A DNA stretch of 64,000 bases. Origin: a virus. Lineage: Duplodnaviria > Caudoviricetes. The stretch is from IMG/VR virus record IMGVR_UViG_3300037400_005024, positions 64,001-128,000 of that record; one strand, written 5' to 3'. The position numbers and the translations under genes were made by a program. The notes beneath the pieces were generated by a model. The model worked only from the letters and a program-made list of their open reading frames with translations, was not told where the DNA came from and did no database searches. Of the stretch, positions 38,857-48,314 are shown one piece after another. Numbering within the stretch: position 1 is the stretch's first letter; every line of letters starts with the position of its first letter.

Positions 38857-39476
38857 TAAATCTCCAAAGTAAATCTAGTTAAATTTTCAAGCTCTTTATA
38901 ATATTTTAAGTACAATTCAAATGAAATATGACAATTCTTAACTCTGTCGATATATTTACAGAAATCATCATGATTTATTTCAGTGTTTTTTAAACAAAGA
39001 TGTAAATCTTTTTCACCGTACTGTTCCTGCAATTTTACAACTTCTTCGAGTGTTCCTGGAAATGTACCTTTTAATGGCTCTAATAAAAGATGTCTGTTGT
39101 ACTTTTTAGCTAATTCAAAAAACTTTGAATAATCTATTTTATTCTTAATTCTTACCTGGTAACCGCCAAACATTAAGTATTTTATATTAAGATCTTTTGC
39201 TAAAATACAAGAGTCTTCAAATTGTTGATAAATATCTCCTTCAGGATCTCTAATTAGAGAACCAAGAGTATAACATGGATAATCTTTAATGAGCTTACTC
39301 ATTATTTCTCTATCGTTTATTCCTTCGATAAAATCAAACTTTGTCAAAGAACTTAGTTCTTTAAGTTTATAAATTACATCATCATAACTCTTAGGTTGTA
39401 ACGACGCAATACAAATACCTAGTTCATGATTATGATGAACTGCATGAACTGTATTAAACGAATTCAATTTCAACAT
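38856..39476 (-). CDS. Xylose-isomerase-like TIM-barrel sugar epimerase/isomerase
   Basis: MFGG..R, LLEP, CHIS, TLEI; typical partner of the two neighbouring genes. Confidence 0.55.
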   Translation of the reverse strand: MLKLNSFNTVHAVHHNHELGICIASLQPKSYDDVIYKLKELSSLTKFDFIEGINDREIMSKLIKDYPCYTLGSLIRDPEGDIYQQFEDSCILAKDLNIKYLMFGGYQVRIKNKIDYSKFFELAKKYNRHLLLEPLKGTFPGTLEEVVKLQEQYGEKDLHLCLKNTEINHDDFCKYIDRVKNCHISFELYLKYYKELENLTRFTLEI

Positions 39477-39891
39477 TTGCTTCTTTTAGCATCTCCAAAC
39501 TTAATTTTGAACTTTCTTTCCAATTATCAGTTGCCTTTGAATCAGTTATAACCTTTTTAATTCCAGCCTGAATAATTGACTTTGTACATTCTGAACAAGG
39601 AGGTAATCCGTGAACAAATAAAATACAATCTTTTACTGATCTTCCATTATATAACGCATTCATAATGCAATTCATCTCGGCGTGTAAAATGAATTTATAT
39701 TTCAATTCACGGTTATTTAATCTTTCTTCAGTATCTTCAATACCTCTTGGAAATCCATTATAACCTGTTGAAATGATATTTCTATCTTCACTTATAATTA
39801 AAGCACCAACTTTAGTTGATGGGTCCTTTGACCATTCTGCAATTTCCTTAGATAACTTTAAAAATCTTTTCTTCCACTTTGTATCAAGCAT
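39454..39891 (-). CDS. cd: dCMP deaminase
   Basis: SKDPSTKVGA, GYNG, HAEMN, PCSEC. Confidence 0.95.
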   Translation of the reverse strand: MLDTKWKKRFLKLSKEIAEWSKDPSTKVGALIISEDRNIISTGYNGFPRGIEDTEERLNNRELKYKFILHAEMNCIMNALYNGRSVKDCILFVHGLPPCSECTKSIIQAGIKKVITDSKATDNWKESSKLSLEMLKEANVEIEFV

Positions 39892-40001
39892 TTAAATAAC
39901 CTTTCTAAAATCACACCAGAACACATTTAGAATGACGTTGCTAACCTTTATAATATACTCTATTACTAGATTAGCAACATCATCTATAGGTGATTAGACA
40001 A

Positions 40002-41735
40002 TTAAATATCATCTACTTTATTCATAAGAATCAAATCACCTTGATTTAACTCTGAAGAATGAACTCTAATAATGTTATTATTTCTAACAATCTGGAAATA
40101 ATCATTTTCTGTAAATGTTAGGAACTGATTTGAATCAGTTAAAGCAAAGAACTCACCATGTCTATTTTTTCCAACAAGAGTTATCTTAATTGCTTTAGTA
40201 TCTTTATTAAACTTTGATTTTAAAAGTCTGTAATAAGCAAAACCTGATTTAATTTCTTTAGCACTTAAGAACTTAAACTGATTATCGCGTGTATCATAAA
40301 CCTTTAATCTATGGTTTTCACCACATAGAACATCACCTGATTTTGTTTTAAAATGAATAACATTTTTAAGTGAAGTACTAATACCAGAAACTTTTACAGG
40401 TCTGAAATTTTCATCTAAAAGTGTTTCGTTAACTCTTAAATTTCTAATCTTTTTAGTTGTAAAATCAGACATCATAACGTCTGTATTCTGTTCTAAACAT
40501 TCACCTTCAACAATCAGAAGATATTTAGACTCACCAATAGCAGGAAGATATTTGTCATTTTTAATCTTTTTAGGAGTATTTAAAGACTTCATTTCCTGGC
40601 GTCTTTTTAACTCTTCCTTGATTTTGTAAACTTCTGTAATAGGATCAATTATGTCCTTATTTCTAAGAATCTTCTTAACAAAGTTTTCGTAATCAATTTC
40701 ACCAAAATAATCATTCATCTCAGTGTTAGAATTTGTGATTTTCTCTTTTGACTGAGAATTGAACTTAGGATTTGGAAACTCTTTTAAAAATGCTATAATA
40801 AAAAGCTTATTTTTAATATCACCTGGCTTAATTGATTTAAACTTTTTAACTAACTTATCACGAATTCTGTTAACGATATTCATTGAAATAATATCAATAT
40901 GAGTTCCACCGTCATTTATCTTAAGTCCATCAACATAAGAGAACTGTCTGAAATCATCATTTTCATTATGCAAAACAGCAAAGCTATAATTTTCTGTTTC
41001 ATAAATTTCAGGATTCTCTCCGAATAATGAAACGTACTTTTTAAAAGAATTAATGTTTATAGTTTTGCCATTAAACTTAAATGAAATTTCAGGATAGGTT
41101 AAGTTTAAATTTATAAGTCTCTGTTTAATAATTAAAATGTGATTTTCATCAATTTCTGTAAGTCCAAATCTCTTAAGATCTGGTTTAAACGATACTGTAA
41201 CACCAGTATTTCCAGTAGAATCTGAAACTGTTGTTTTACAATTCTCTGCATTATCAGAAAAATGACAAGTAACTTTCTTGTTACCATCATCTGAGATACC
41301 GTTAAATTTTACAGAGAAACAATTTGTACAGAAAGATCCTACACCATTCATACCAATCTGAGTTCTGTGAGCATCATCTTCAAAGTTTGAACCAGATCTC
41401 ATGGTACCCCATGCAACTTCTGCTGAAGTTTTACCATTGATTAGATCGTAAGGAATTCCTGTTCCATCATCTTTAACTTCTACAGTATCAGAAGTCATTT
41501 TAACAGAAATATGAGTTCCTTTTGTAAACTTTGATTTAATGCAAGCATCTACGGAGTTATCAATAATCTCATTGATAATTTTTATCAGTCCAGGAACATA
41601 TGAAATTTCTTTATTTTCAATTTTATTATTTTCAAAAATGTACTCTGAAAATGAGCTGCTATTGACAGCTCCAATGTACATTGCTGGTCTTTTTAGGACG
41701 TGATCACGATCAGTTAAAACTTGTACTTTCATCAA
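40002..41735 (-). CDS. gp39: Type II topoisomerase ATPase subunit (gp39-like) ending in a 165-aa split-intein IntN
   Basis: RPAMYIG, EIIDNS, DDGTGIP, GMNGVG, FNSQSKE, VEGE|CLEQNT (intein starts at 40499), GENHRL. Confidence 0.9.
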   Translation of the reverse strand: MMKVQVLTDRDHVLKRPAMYIGAVNSSSFSEYIFENNKIENKEISYVPGLIKIINEIIDNSVDACIKSKFTKGTHISVKMTSDTVEVKDDGTGIPYDLINGKTSAEVAWGTMRSGSNFEDDAHRTQIGMNGVGSFCTNCFSVKFNGISDDGNKKVTCHFSDNAENCKTTVSDSTGNTGVTVSFKPDLKRFGLTEIDENHILIIKQRLINLNLTYPEISFKFNGKTININSFKKYVSLFGENPEIYETENYSFAVLHNENDDFRQFSYVDGLKINDGGTHIDIISMNIVNRIRDKLVKKFKSIKPGDIKNKLFIIAFLKEFPNPKFNSQSKEKITNSNTEMNDYFGEIDYENFVKKILRNKDIIDPITEVYKIKEELKRRQEMKSLNTPKKIKNDKYLPAIGESKYLLIVEGECLEQNTDVMMSDFTTKKIRNLRVNETLLDENFRPVKVSGISTSLKNVIHFKTKSGDVLCGENHRLKVYDTRDNQFKFLSAKEIKSGFAYYRLLKSKFNKDTKAIKITLVGKNRHGEFFALTDSNQFLTFTENDYFQIVRNNNIIRVHSSELNQGDLILMNKVDDI

Positions 41736-42785
41736 TTATTCCTTATATGTATTAAAAGTATCTGAAATTCTAATAAGTTCTGCAATTACTGCATCTTTAT
41801 TTGGAACATCAACTTTATAAGTAAATGCTAAAGAATGTCCATAATTTGCATCTCCGCAAAGCTTCTTTCTGATTTTCGTTAAAGCATTTTCTGAAAAAAC
41901 ACCTTCTTTAACACGAATTTTGAAAATTCCATATTTTACACCAATTACAACATCTTGACCAGATTTCATTTCAAAATATGTAAAAAGTGGAAATAAATCC
42001 CATGAAAGAATAACTGTTGTTTTAACACCTTTATTAGAACGAATGTATCTCTTTTCTGATTTTAAATCATTTTTGAGTTTTTCAAATTCATCTCTATAGG
42101 TGAATTTAAAATCACCTAGTAAAGTGTTAACATTAAAGTTGTTTTTCTTTGCTTCTTTAGTATATAATAATATATTTTCAGATTTTTTATTTACGAATCC
42201 AAAAAACTTTTCATTTAGTATCAAACTATTCAAAAAATCTGGCTCATTTTTAAGATAAATGTCAAACAAATTTACAGTTCTGATAAAGTCAGACATAAAA
42301 TTTAAACTATTTGATGTATTAAAATAATCAAATAAAATTTTAGATGCACATCTAGATTTATCAATATGAATTTCTGCAGTTACACCATGCCAAAAGTTAT
42401 CATCATATAAATGATGGTCAAAAATCTTAAAATCAGAATTAGGAGAAATATTCTTTAAATCTCTCTGTAACTGAATTAAAGAATCTCTGCATTGAGATAA
42501 AGATACATCAGCAATAATAACATTTGAAATCCTATTTTCTTTACAGAATTCCGTTAACTCAAAAATCTTTTCATGAAGATCTGCATAGTTTGTATAAAAA
42601 TATTTAATTGGTTTTAATGTTTCTTCAAGAACTGCTACACAACCGCATGCATCTAAATCATTATGTGTTAAACAAACATATTTTAAAGGTTTTGAAAAGT
42701 TCTTTGAAATAGCTTGAGATTTGTTTTCCATTCTTCTTAAGTTACCAACATTAATTCGACCAATTCCAGTAATTGACTCTATCAT
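41736..42785 (-). CDS. DHH-family phosphoesterase
   Basis: THNDLDA, IAD, FDHH, CAS, GH. Confidence 0.85.
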   Translation of the reverse strand: MIESITGIGRINVGNLRRMENKSQAISKNFSKPLKYVCLTHNDLDACGCVAVLEETLKPIKYFYTNYADLHEKIFELTEFCKENRISNVIIADVSLSQCRDSLIQLQRDLKNISPNSDFKIFDHHLYDDNFWHGVTAEIHIDKSRCASKILFDYFNTSNSLNFMSDFIRTVNLFDIYLKNEPDFLNSLILNEKFFGFVNKKSENILLYTKEAKKNNFNVNTLLGDFKFTYRDEFEKLKNDLKSEKRYIRSNKGVKTTVILSWDLFPLFTYFEMKSGQDVVIGVKYGIFKIRVKEGVFSENALTKIRKKLCGDANYGHSLAFTYKVDVPNKDAVIAELIRISDTFNTYKE

Positions 42786-43160
42786 TTATCTTTCCTTTTT
42801 GTAAAGAAGTCTTAATCTGTTTAATTCGGCATTGTCTATCTCTTTGAGATATTCACTTGCAACTTTTTTATTTATTTTATAATGTTTCATCAACAATTCT
42901 TCATCAGCCGAAATTTTTAAATTTTCTGTTTTAATGAACTTGATAAAATTTACTCTACCATTTAATGTCTTTTGAACAAATTTATACTGAATTTCAATAG
43001 GTAATTTATAATAATAATTTAAAAAATTTGCAATTTGAATAGTTTTATAATTCGAACCTAAGTATTTGCAAAATACATAAGGTGGAATTTCTTTAATCTC
43101 TGATTCAGATGAATCTTTACCAGAAATGCAATTCTGAAATGTTTTAAAAATATTTGACAT
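42786..43160 (-). CDS. gp62: Clamp loader small subunit, gp62-like
   Basis: IANFLN, QYKF, LMKHYKINKKVASEYL pattern. Confidence 0.75.
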   Translation of the reverse strand: MSNIFKTFQNCISGKDSSESEIKEIPPYVFCKYLGSNYKTIQIANFLNYYYKLPIEIQYKFVQKTLNGRVNFIKFIKTENLKISADEELLMKHYKINKKVASEYLKEIDNAELNRLRLLYKKER

Positions 43161-43172
43161 TTTTAAATTCCT

Positions 43173-44822
43173 TTAAAAATCAAAAAGATCCATTGCCTTT
43201 TCTTTAACGGTGAAATTGATTGCATTAGTCATAAATTCTAAAGGTTTTATAAATGACTTTTCAAATTGTGTATCATAGTCAATATAATCTTTAAAATACT
43301 GAATAAAATTATCATCAGTGAATGCAATTACATCTGGATAAGAACTTTTAACTGTTCTACCAGTTGTATTTTTAATTGTTTCGCCTAAGGTGTTAGGTGT
43401 TTTAAGATAAATGTATTTAATCTTATCACCAGCTTGGATTAAATTAAATGATCCTTCTAAATTGTGCTTTTTAATAAATTCATTATATATTAAAGATGCT
43501 CTTGAATTCAATGGAATTCCAAGGTCTTTTCTTAAGTCATAATCAATGCAATTTACAGTCATGTTAGAAACAATATCAGATACTGGAGCATTGATGAATT
43601 CTGTTTTGCACCTTTCAAACCATTCTCTAAGATCTTTCTGAGTTCCATCGAAAAGAATTGGAAGTGCATCACTCATGTGTTCAATTGAAAATTTAGGTGT
43701 ACTTGATTTAATTAGTTCAACACCCATTGCTTTGATTTTAGGTGAATCAACTGGAAAAACTGTTGCTTCATTTGCTCTGAGTCTGCAGAGATACTTTTTC
43801 TTTTTAAGTAATAAAAATCTATCTGCGATAATTTCTCTTTTTCCACCACATTTAGATTTATCCATTGCGTTAAGATAATAACAAAATTCGTCAATATTTT
43901 CTTGAATTTTTGGCTGAACAACTTCTGTTTCAAACTTATCGCAGAAATCTACAATTTCACTTAAAGAAGCATCTGGCTTTTTCTTTAAAAACTCTTCTAC
44001 AAATGGTTCAATTGTATAATATGCAGAATTATGTAATAAAATGTCATTTCCGAAAAAGTTATGATTATCTTCTACTTCAATATCATAAACATCTAATTCT
44101 TGAATGCCTAAATCTTCAATTTTATAATTTTCTGTTATAACGTTATCTTTTAGGTTGTTTGAAATTAGCTCATCTGTTTTTAAAATTTCAGTAGGTTTTA
44201 CAGAAATTAAGTTATCATTTCTGTTTATCATTACTGAGTGATCTTCAGTAATAATGACAGATTTATTATTTACAGATATTTTAAACATTCTTTTGTTTAC
44301 TTCATGTTTCATCACGTAAATAATTTTTTTATCCTGAATTTCAAAATCTGAATTCATAGATTTAGCTAAAATCTTTTCATCTAATCTTTTAACAAAAGAA
44401 CCATTTTCATTTTTTACAATTTCACCAGATCTTTCAAATAAATCTTCAATTTTAATTTTGCCTAGCGATGTTGAAATTAAAGTATCTCCAACACAAGAAT
44501 CCGTATCACTATAAATGTAATATGGTTTATTCCAGTTCTTTAAACTCTGAAGATGATTTTCAATTCTTCTTCCAAAAGATTTAATGAAATATCTACCATT
44601 TCCTGTAATAGCCTGTGCTATCTTTTCGTTAATTAAAATAAATGCTTTGTTACCTAAAGCACCATATAAAGAATTGATTAAAGTTTTTAAAGAAATCTGA
44701 AGAATATGAAATTCATTACTCTTATCTTGAGTAAATTTTAACAGAGATTCAAGTTCTGAATCAGATAGCTTTTCAAGATCTTCTCTTGAACAATTTAAAA
44801 CATCGAAATTTGTAGAATTCAT
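43173..44822 (-). CDS. gp43: Family B DNA polymerase C-terminal subunit (split gp43) with a 157-aa mini-intein
   Basis: KTLINSLYG, YSDTD|S, KKKY, GVELIKSSTP; no exonuclease domain or motif A. Confidence 0.92.
   Translation of the reverse strand: MNSTNFDVLNCSREDLEKLSDSELESLLKFTQDKSNEFHILQISLKTLINSLYGALGNKAFILINEKIAQAITGNGRYFIKSFGRRIENHLQSLKNWNKPYYIYSDTDSCVGDTLISTSLGKIKIEDLFERSGEIVKNENGSFVKRLDEKILAKSMNSDFEIQDKKIIYVMKHEVNKRMFKISVNNKSVIITEDHSVMINRNDNLISVKPTEILKTDELISNNLKDNVITENYKIEDLGIQELDVYDIEVEDNHNFFGNDILLHNSAYYTIEPFVEEFLKKKPDASLSEIVDFCDKFETEVVQPKIQENIDEFCYYLNAMDKSKCGGKREIIADRFLLLKKKKYLCRLRANEATVFPVDSPKIKAMGVELIKSSTPKFSIEHMSDALPILFDGTQKDLREWFERCKTEFINAPVSDIVSNMTVNCIDYDLRKDLGIPLNSRASLIYNEFIKKHNLEGSFNLIQAGDKIKYIYLKTPNTLGETIKNTTGRTVKSSYPDVIAFTDDNFIQYFKDYIDYDTQFEKSFIKPLEFMTNAINFTVKEKAMDLFDF
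44028..44498 (-). mobile_element. Contiguous mini-intein in polymerase motif C, no endonuclease
   Basis: DTD|SCVGDT...ITEDHS...VYDIEVEDNHNFFGNDILLHN|SAY. Confidence 0.92.
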
Positions 44823-44920
44823 TTACTTTTTCTCCTTTTTGTTCTATTATAATCTATTTTAACACAAAATAAAAAAGGTCCTAAAAACTTAGAACCTTTT
44901 TCAAAATTTAAAATTTTAAA

Positions 44921-46510
44921 TTAAACGTACATAGAAGCAATTCGTGCCCAAGATTCAACACCAGCATCTTGTAATGCCATACCTATGACTGCTGAACGGA
45001 TTGTTAAAGGCTTACGTTTACGTGCAATTTCAGGAGTCATATAAGTAACTTCTTCATCAGCATCTGGAATAGCCATACCTAAAGCTTCAAAGAACTTATC
45101 TAACTGCTCATCACTCTTATTAGGATACTTAGCCTTCATAATAGACTTTGTTCTGTTATACATATCTCTTGCACATAAGTAAACATCAATAAAGATTGAA
45201 CGTGACTTAATTGCATCTTCAATCTGAGAAGCTCTCATGTTAGAAATGAAAATCATCTCACCATCAAAATAGAACTTTGATGGAACAACCATTTCGCCAT
45301 CTTTTACTTTATTAACATTCTGTGTAAACACTAAAGAATCAGCGTCATCACATTGTGCACAGTAATCTCTAATCTCTGCTTCTGATTTACCGTTCATAGG
45401 ATAAGTACCAGTTATGTATTCCATAGCTGGCTTACCTGAAGTATCTAAAGCAGGCTTTAGCATCATGATTGTATCAGGTTGTGATAAAATGTCATCTGCT
45501 TCATCCCAAACCTGTAAAACATCACGCTCTCTAAATACTGTAGAATAGAATGAACGAGGAGCTATTTTTGCACCTGAATGATATGTGTACTTATCACCTG
45601 CTTCACCTAGAACTCTCTTAAGTGTTGAAGTAACCTCGTAAGTTTTACCAGTACCACCCTCACCACAGATGATAAGTGACTTAGAACCACCCTTAGCAAC
45701 GAACTCAGTTACTGTCTTAATATCTTCAAAAACATATTTTGGATCTGCGTAAACATTATCATCAAACTGCTTCTGAGTACTTATTACATTATTCTGAACT
45801 GAGTTAGTTTCTTTCTTACCCTTTTCTAAAGTAGCATAGAACTCATTCCACTCGTCTTCTAAACCCTCTTGCTCAACGTAATCTGCAAATTTACCAGGTA
45901 AAGCTGCACTAACCTTCTTATTACGATCTCTTAAGAAATTCTGACGTTGGACAATTGTTGATCTTCCTAAATCAACTGCTTCAGTGATAAAATCATCAAG
46001 CTTGAAAGTACCAACTTTCTTCTTTCTTAATAATTCACATAACTTCTCATAAATCTGAACAACATTGCAAGATGATGAGAAATTACATGTGATTGTTGGA
46101 CGATCTAACTCGTGGTTATCCTTATCCCAGTAATCTAAAGAATCAACAATAAAGGTATCACGCTTAGGTGTCTCTTTAAAAGCAGTAATATTACCCTTTA
46201 AGAAACCAAAACGTAACTGATAACCATGCTTGTTAAATAAACGATAACCGAAACCCTTAGTACCATCTTGACGTTGGAACTCTTCAGTAAATGTAACCTT
46301 GAACTCACCGCCAAACTTCTTACCAAACAACTTGCCGTATAACTTAGTTACCTTATCTAACTTATCACTGGTAAACTGTGCCTCTGTTAAAGGCATTCCG
46401 ACATCAACTGAATCAGGATCTAAAGATCTTTGTGGATTATATAAAATATTTGACTCAGTTGTCAAATGAGGTGCGTTAATTTTCTCGAGAAAATCAATGA
46501 ACGTTAACAT
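44921..46510 (-). CDS. Late AAA+ ATPase with large N-terminal domain
   Basis: GEGGTGKT, WDEAD, IFISN, AIKSRS; late promoter 46578-46585; MLTFIDFLE start. Confidence 0.75.
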   Translation of the reverse strand: MLTFIDFLEKINAPHLTTESNILYNPQRSLDPDSVDVGMPLTEAQFTSDKLDKVTKLYGKLFGKKFGGEFKVTFTEEFQRQDGTKGFGYRLFNKHGYQLRFGFLKGNITAFKETPKRDTFIVDSLDYWDKDNHELDRPTITCNFSSSCNVVQIYEKLCELLRKKKVGTFKLDDFITEAVDLGRSTIVQRQNFLRDRNKKVSAALPGKFADYVEQEGLEDEWNEFYATLEKGKKETNSVQNNVISTQKQFDDNVYADPKYVFEDIKTVTEFVAKGGSKSLIICGEGGTGKTYEVTSTLKRVLGEAGDKYTYHSGAKIAPRSFYSTVFRERDVLQVWDEADDILSQPDTIMMLKPALDTSGKPAMEYITGTYPMNGKSEAEIRDYCAQCDDADSLVFTQNVNKVKDGEMVVPSKFYFDGEMIFISNMRASQIEDAIKSRSIFIDVYLCARDMYNRTKSIMKAKYPNKSDEQLDKFFEALGMAIPDADEEVTYMTPEIARKRKPLTIRSAVIGMALQDAGVESWARIASMYV

Positions 46511-46580
46511 TGTTTTAAAAACTCCTAAATTTAAAAGTTAGATTCAAAAATTTTTGAATCTAAAAGAATGTTTAATCTAT

Positions 46581-46796
46581 TTATAATCTTTGAAAAATAA
46601 ACGAATCAATTTTGAAGAATATTAAAGCACCAATGATTTGTCCTAAAATCAAATTAAGTGCAATTGAAATTCCAAGTTGTTCGAATAGGATCATGAAAGG
46701 CATCATTACAAATGCTGAAATAAGCCATCTAAATAGATAAACTGCAAATTTCTTTGTTAAAAATGATTTGAAGAATTTTTTAAAAGTGAGTTTCAT
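46581..46796 (-). CDS. Small two-TM membrane protein
   Basis: Two hydrophobic helices. Confidence 0.6.
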   Translation of the reverse strand: MKLTFKKFFKSFLTKKFAVYLFRWLISAFVMMPFMILFEQLGISIALNLILGQIIGALIFFKIDSFIFQRL

Positions 46797-46917
46797 ATTT
46801 TAAATGCTAAAAAATTTGTTTTAATTAAAACATATTTGAGTGAAAATTTTCAAATGACCAACAAATTTTAAAGGAATTAAATTTCAGTTAAAGTGTTTCT
46901 GAATCATGAAATTTTAG

Positions 46918-47028
46918 AAAGTCCTTTAAAATCAATAACTTAGTTAGAATAATACTTTAATTAAGTTATTGATTTATAAGGAGATTTCAAAAATATGAAT
47001 AATAGTAAATGTACTATATTGGAGAAAG
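46918..47028 (+). repeat. Dispersed intergenic element copy 3 (inverted IHF-like pair)
   Basis: As copies 1 and 2. Confidence 0.85.
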
Positions 47029-47105
47029 TTTTGAAAAGTTGTGTTTTAAAATGAGTTAAAAAGTTTTTAAAATATGCTTTTTATATAAAGAGATGAATAA
47101 AAGTT

Positions 47106-47507
47106 TTATGAATTTTCAACGTTTTTATTTTCTTTTTCTTTAGTCTCTTTATTCTTTTTTCTTGTTCTAATGTACGCATTTGCTCCGAAAAATACCATGA
47201 TAATTGCAGAAACAGATGCGAAATAAACTGCACTCATTCCAGAAATCAGATCAGAAGCGTGCGGAATTCCAAAATAATCTCCTAACAAAACTAAAAATGG
47301 GTACATCAACATTCCAAGTAATGCTATCCAAGTCATTCTTCTTTGAGCATCATCTTTCTTATCGTTGTTATCAATATCAACTAAATCTTTAATGTAACTT
47401 AAATCGGCTTGACAATCTTCTTTTTTAGAAATTCCGTATCGTTTTTCGATCTTTGAAATGATAGAATCTATATTCATCTTAAAATACCTGTGGTAACACT
47501 GGATCAC
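47106..47507 (-). CDS. Two-TM membrane protein (holin-like?)
   Basis: QRRMTWIALLGML TM1, YFASVSAIIMVFFG TM2, basic tail. Confidence 0.55.
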   Translation of the reverse strand: MIQCYHRYFKMNIDSIISKIEKRYGISKKEDCQADLSYIKDLVDIDNNDKKDDAQRRMTWIALLGMLMYPFLVLLGDYFGIPHASDLISGMSAVYFASVSAIIMVFFGANAYIRTRKKNKETKEKENKNVENS

Positions 47508-48201
47508 TCCACTTATCCAGCAATTCTTGGTCTAATTTTTCAATTTCAGACTGTGCTTCAGATTTAATATCACCATAATTTATCTGAGCACCACCTACTA
47601 GAGATTGTGAGTATTTTCCAAGAATTGAACCCCAGATCTCCTTTGTTTTAGCTATACAATATGCTTTTATCCATTCATGATTATAAATTAAATCATTTTC
47701 TTCATTTGCAATGTACTCATACTGATAATGAAGCACTGCAGGACCTTCATACGGATCAAAAACTTGAAGAATCTTTCTATGTTGATTGAAGTTATAATAA
47801 ATATCTGTTCCAAAATACTTATCTAAAACTGATGTTGTTGCAGAAATCATCATGATATTCGGAATAATATCACCAGTTAAAGAATTTGAGAAATACATAT
47901 CAGACCAGAGATTTGGAATGTAATCACCAAAATTCGAAGCAAAGTCTGTTAAATTACCAGAAAGACCTGTTTTTAAAGAAATAATATTAGTGATTTTATC
48001 TGGAAGTGGATATTCTTTAGCACCATGCAGCTGAATAATAACTGATTGTTCTAAAGTGTAACCACAATATTCTGTGAATTTTTGAACGGCAGCATCAATC
48101 ATTTCGCTCATTTGAAAGTCTGTAACTTCGACTTTAATGATTGGCTCACCAAGCTGCGAACGAATATAAGAAATTAAATCTTTTTTGGAGCGAATACGCA
48201 T
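47479..48201 (-). CDS. gp13: Neck protein gp13
   Basis: YIRSQLGEPIIKVEVT, WIKAY, WGSILGKY..L.GG..IN; late promoter 48229-48236. Confidence 0.9.
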   Translation of the reverse strand: MRIRSKKDLISYIRSQLGEPIIKVEVTDFQMSEMIDAAVQKFTEYCGYTLEQSVIIQLHGAKEYPLPDKITNIISLKTGLSGNLTDFASNFGDYIPNLWSDMYFSNSLTGDIIPNIMMISATTSVLDKYFGTDIYYNFNQHRKILQVFDPYEGPAVLHYQYEYIANEENDLIYNHEWIKAYCIAKTKEIWGSILGKYSQSLVGGAQINYGDIKSEAQSEIEKLDQELLDKWSDPVLPQVF

Positions 48202-48314
48202 TTGTAAATAGCTTAAAACATTTTAAACTATTTATACTTTTAAATGAATTCCGAGATGTCTTGAACAATTTAGCCTGCATTTTTGAACAAGACATCTAAA
48301 AGTTTAACTTCTAG

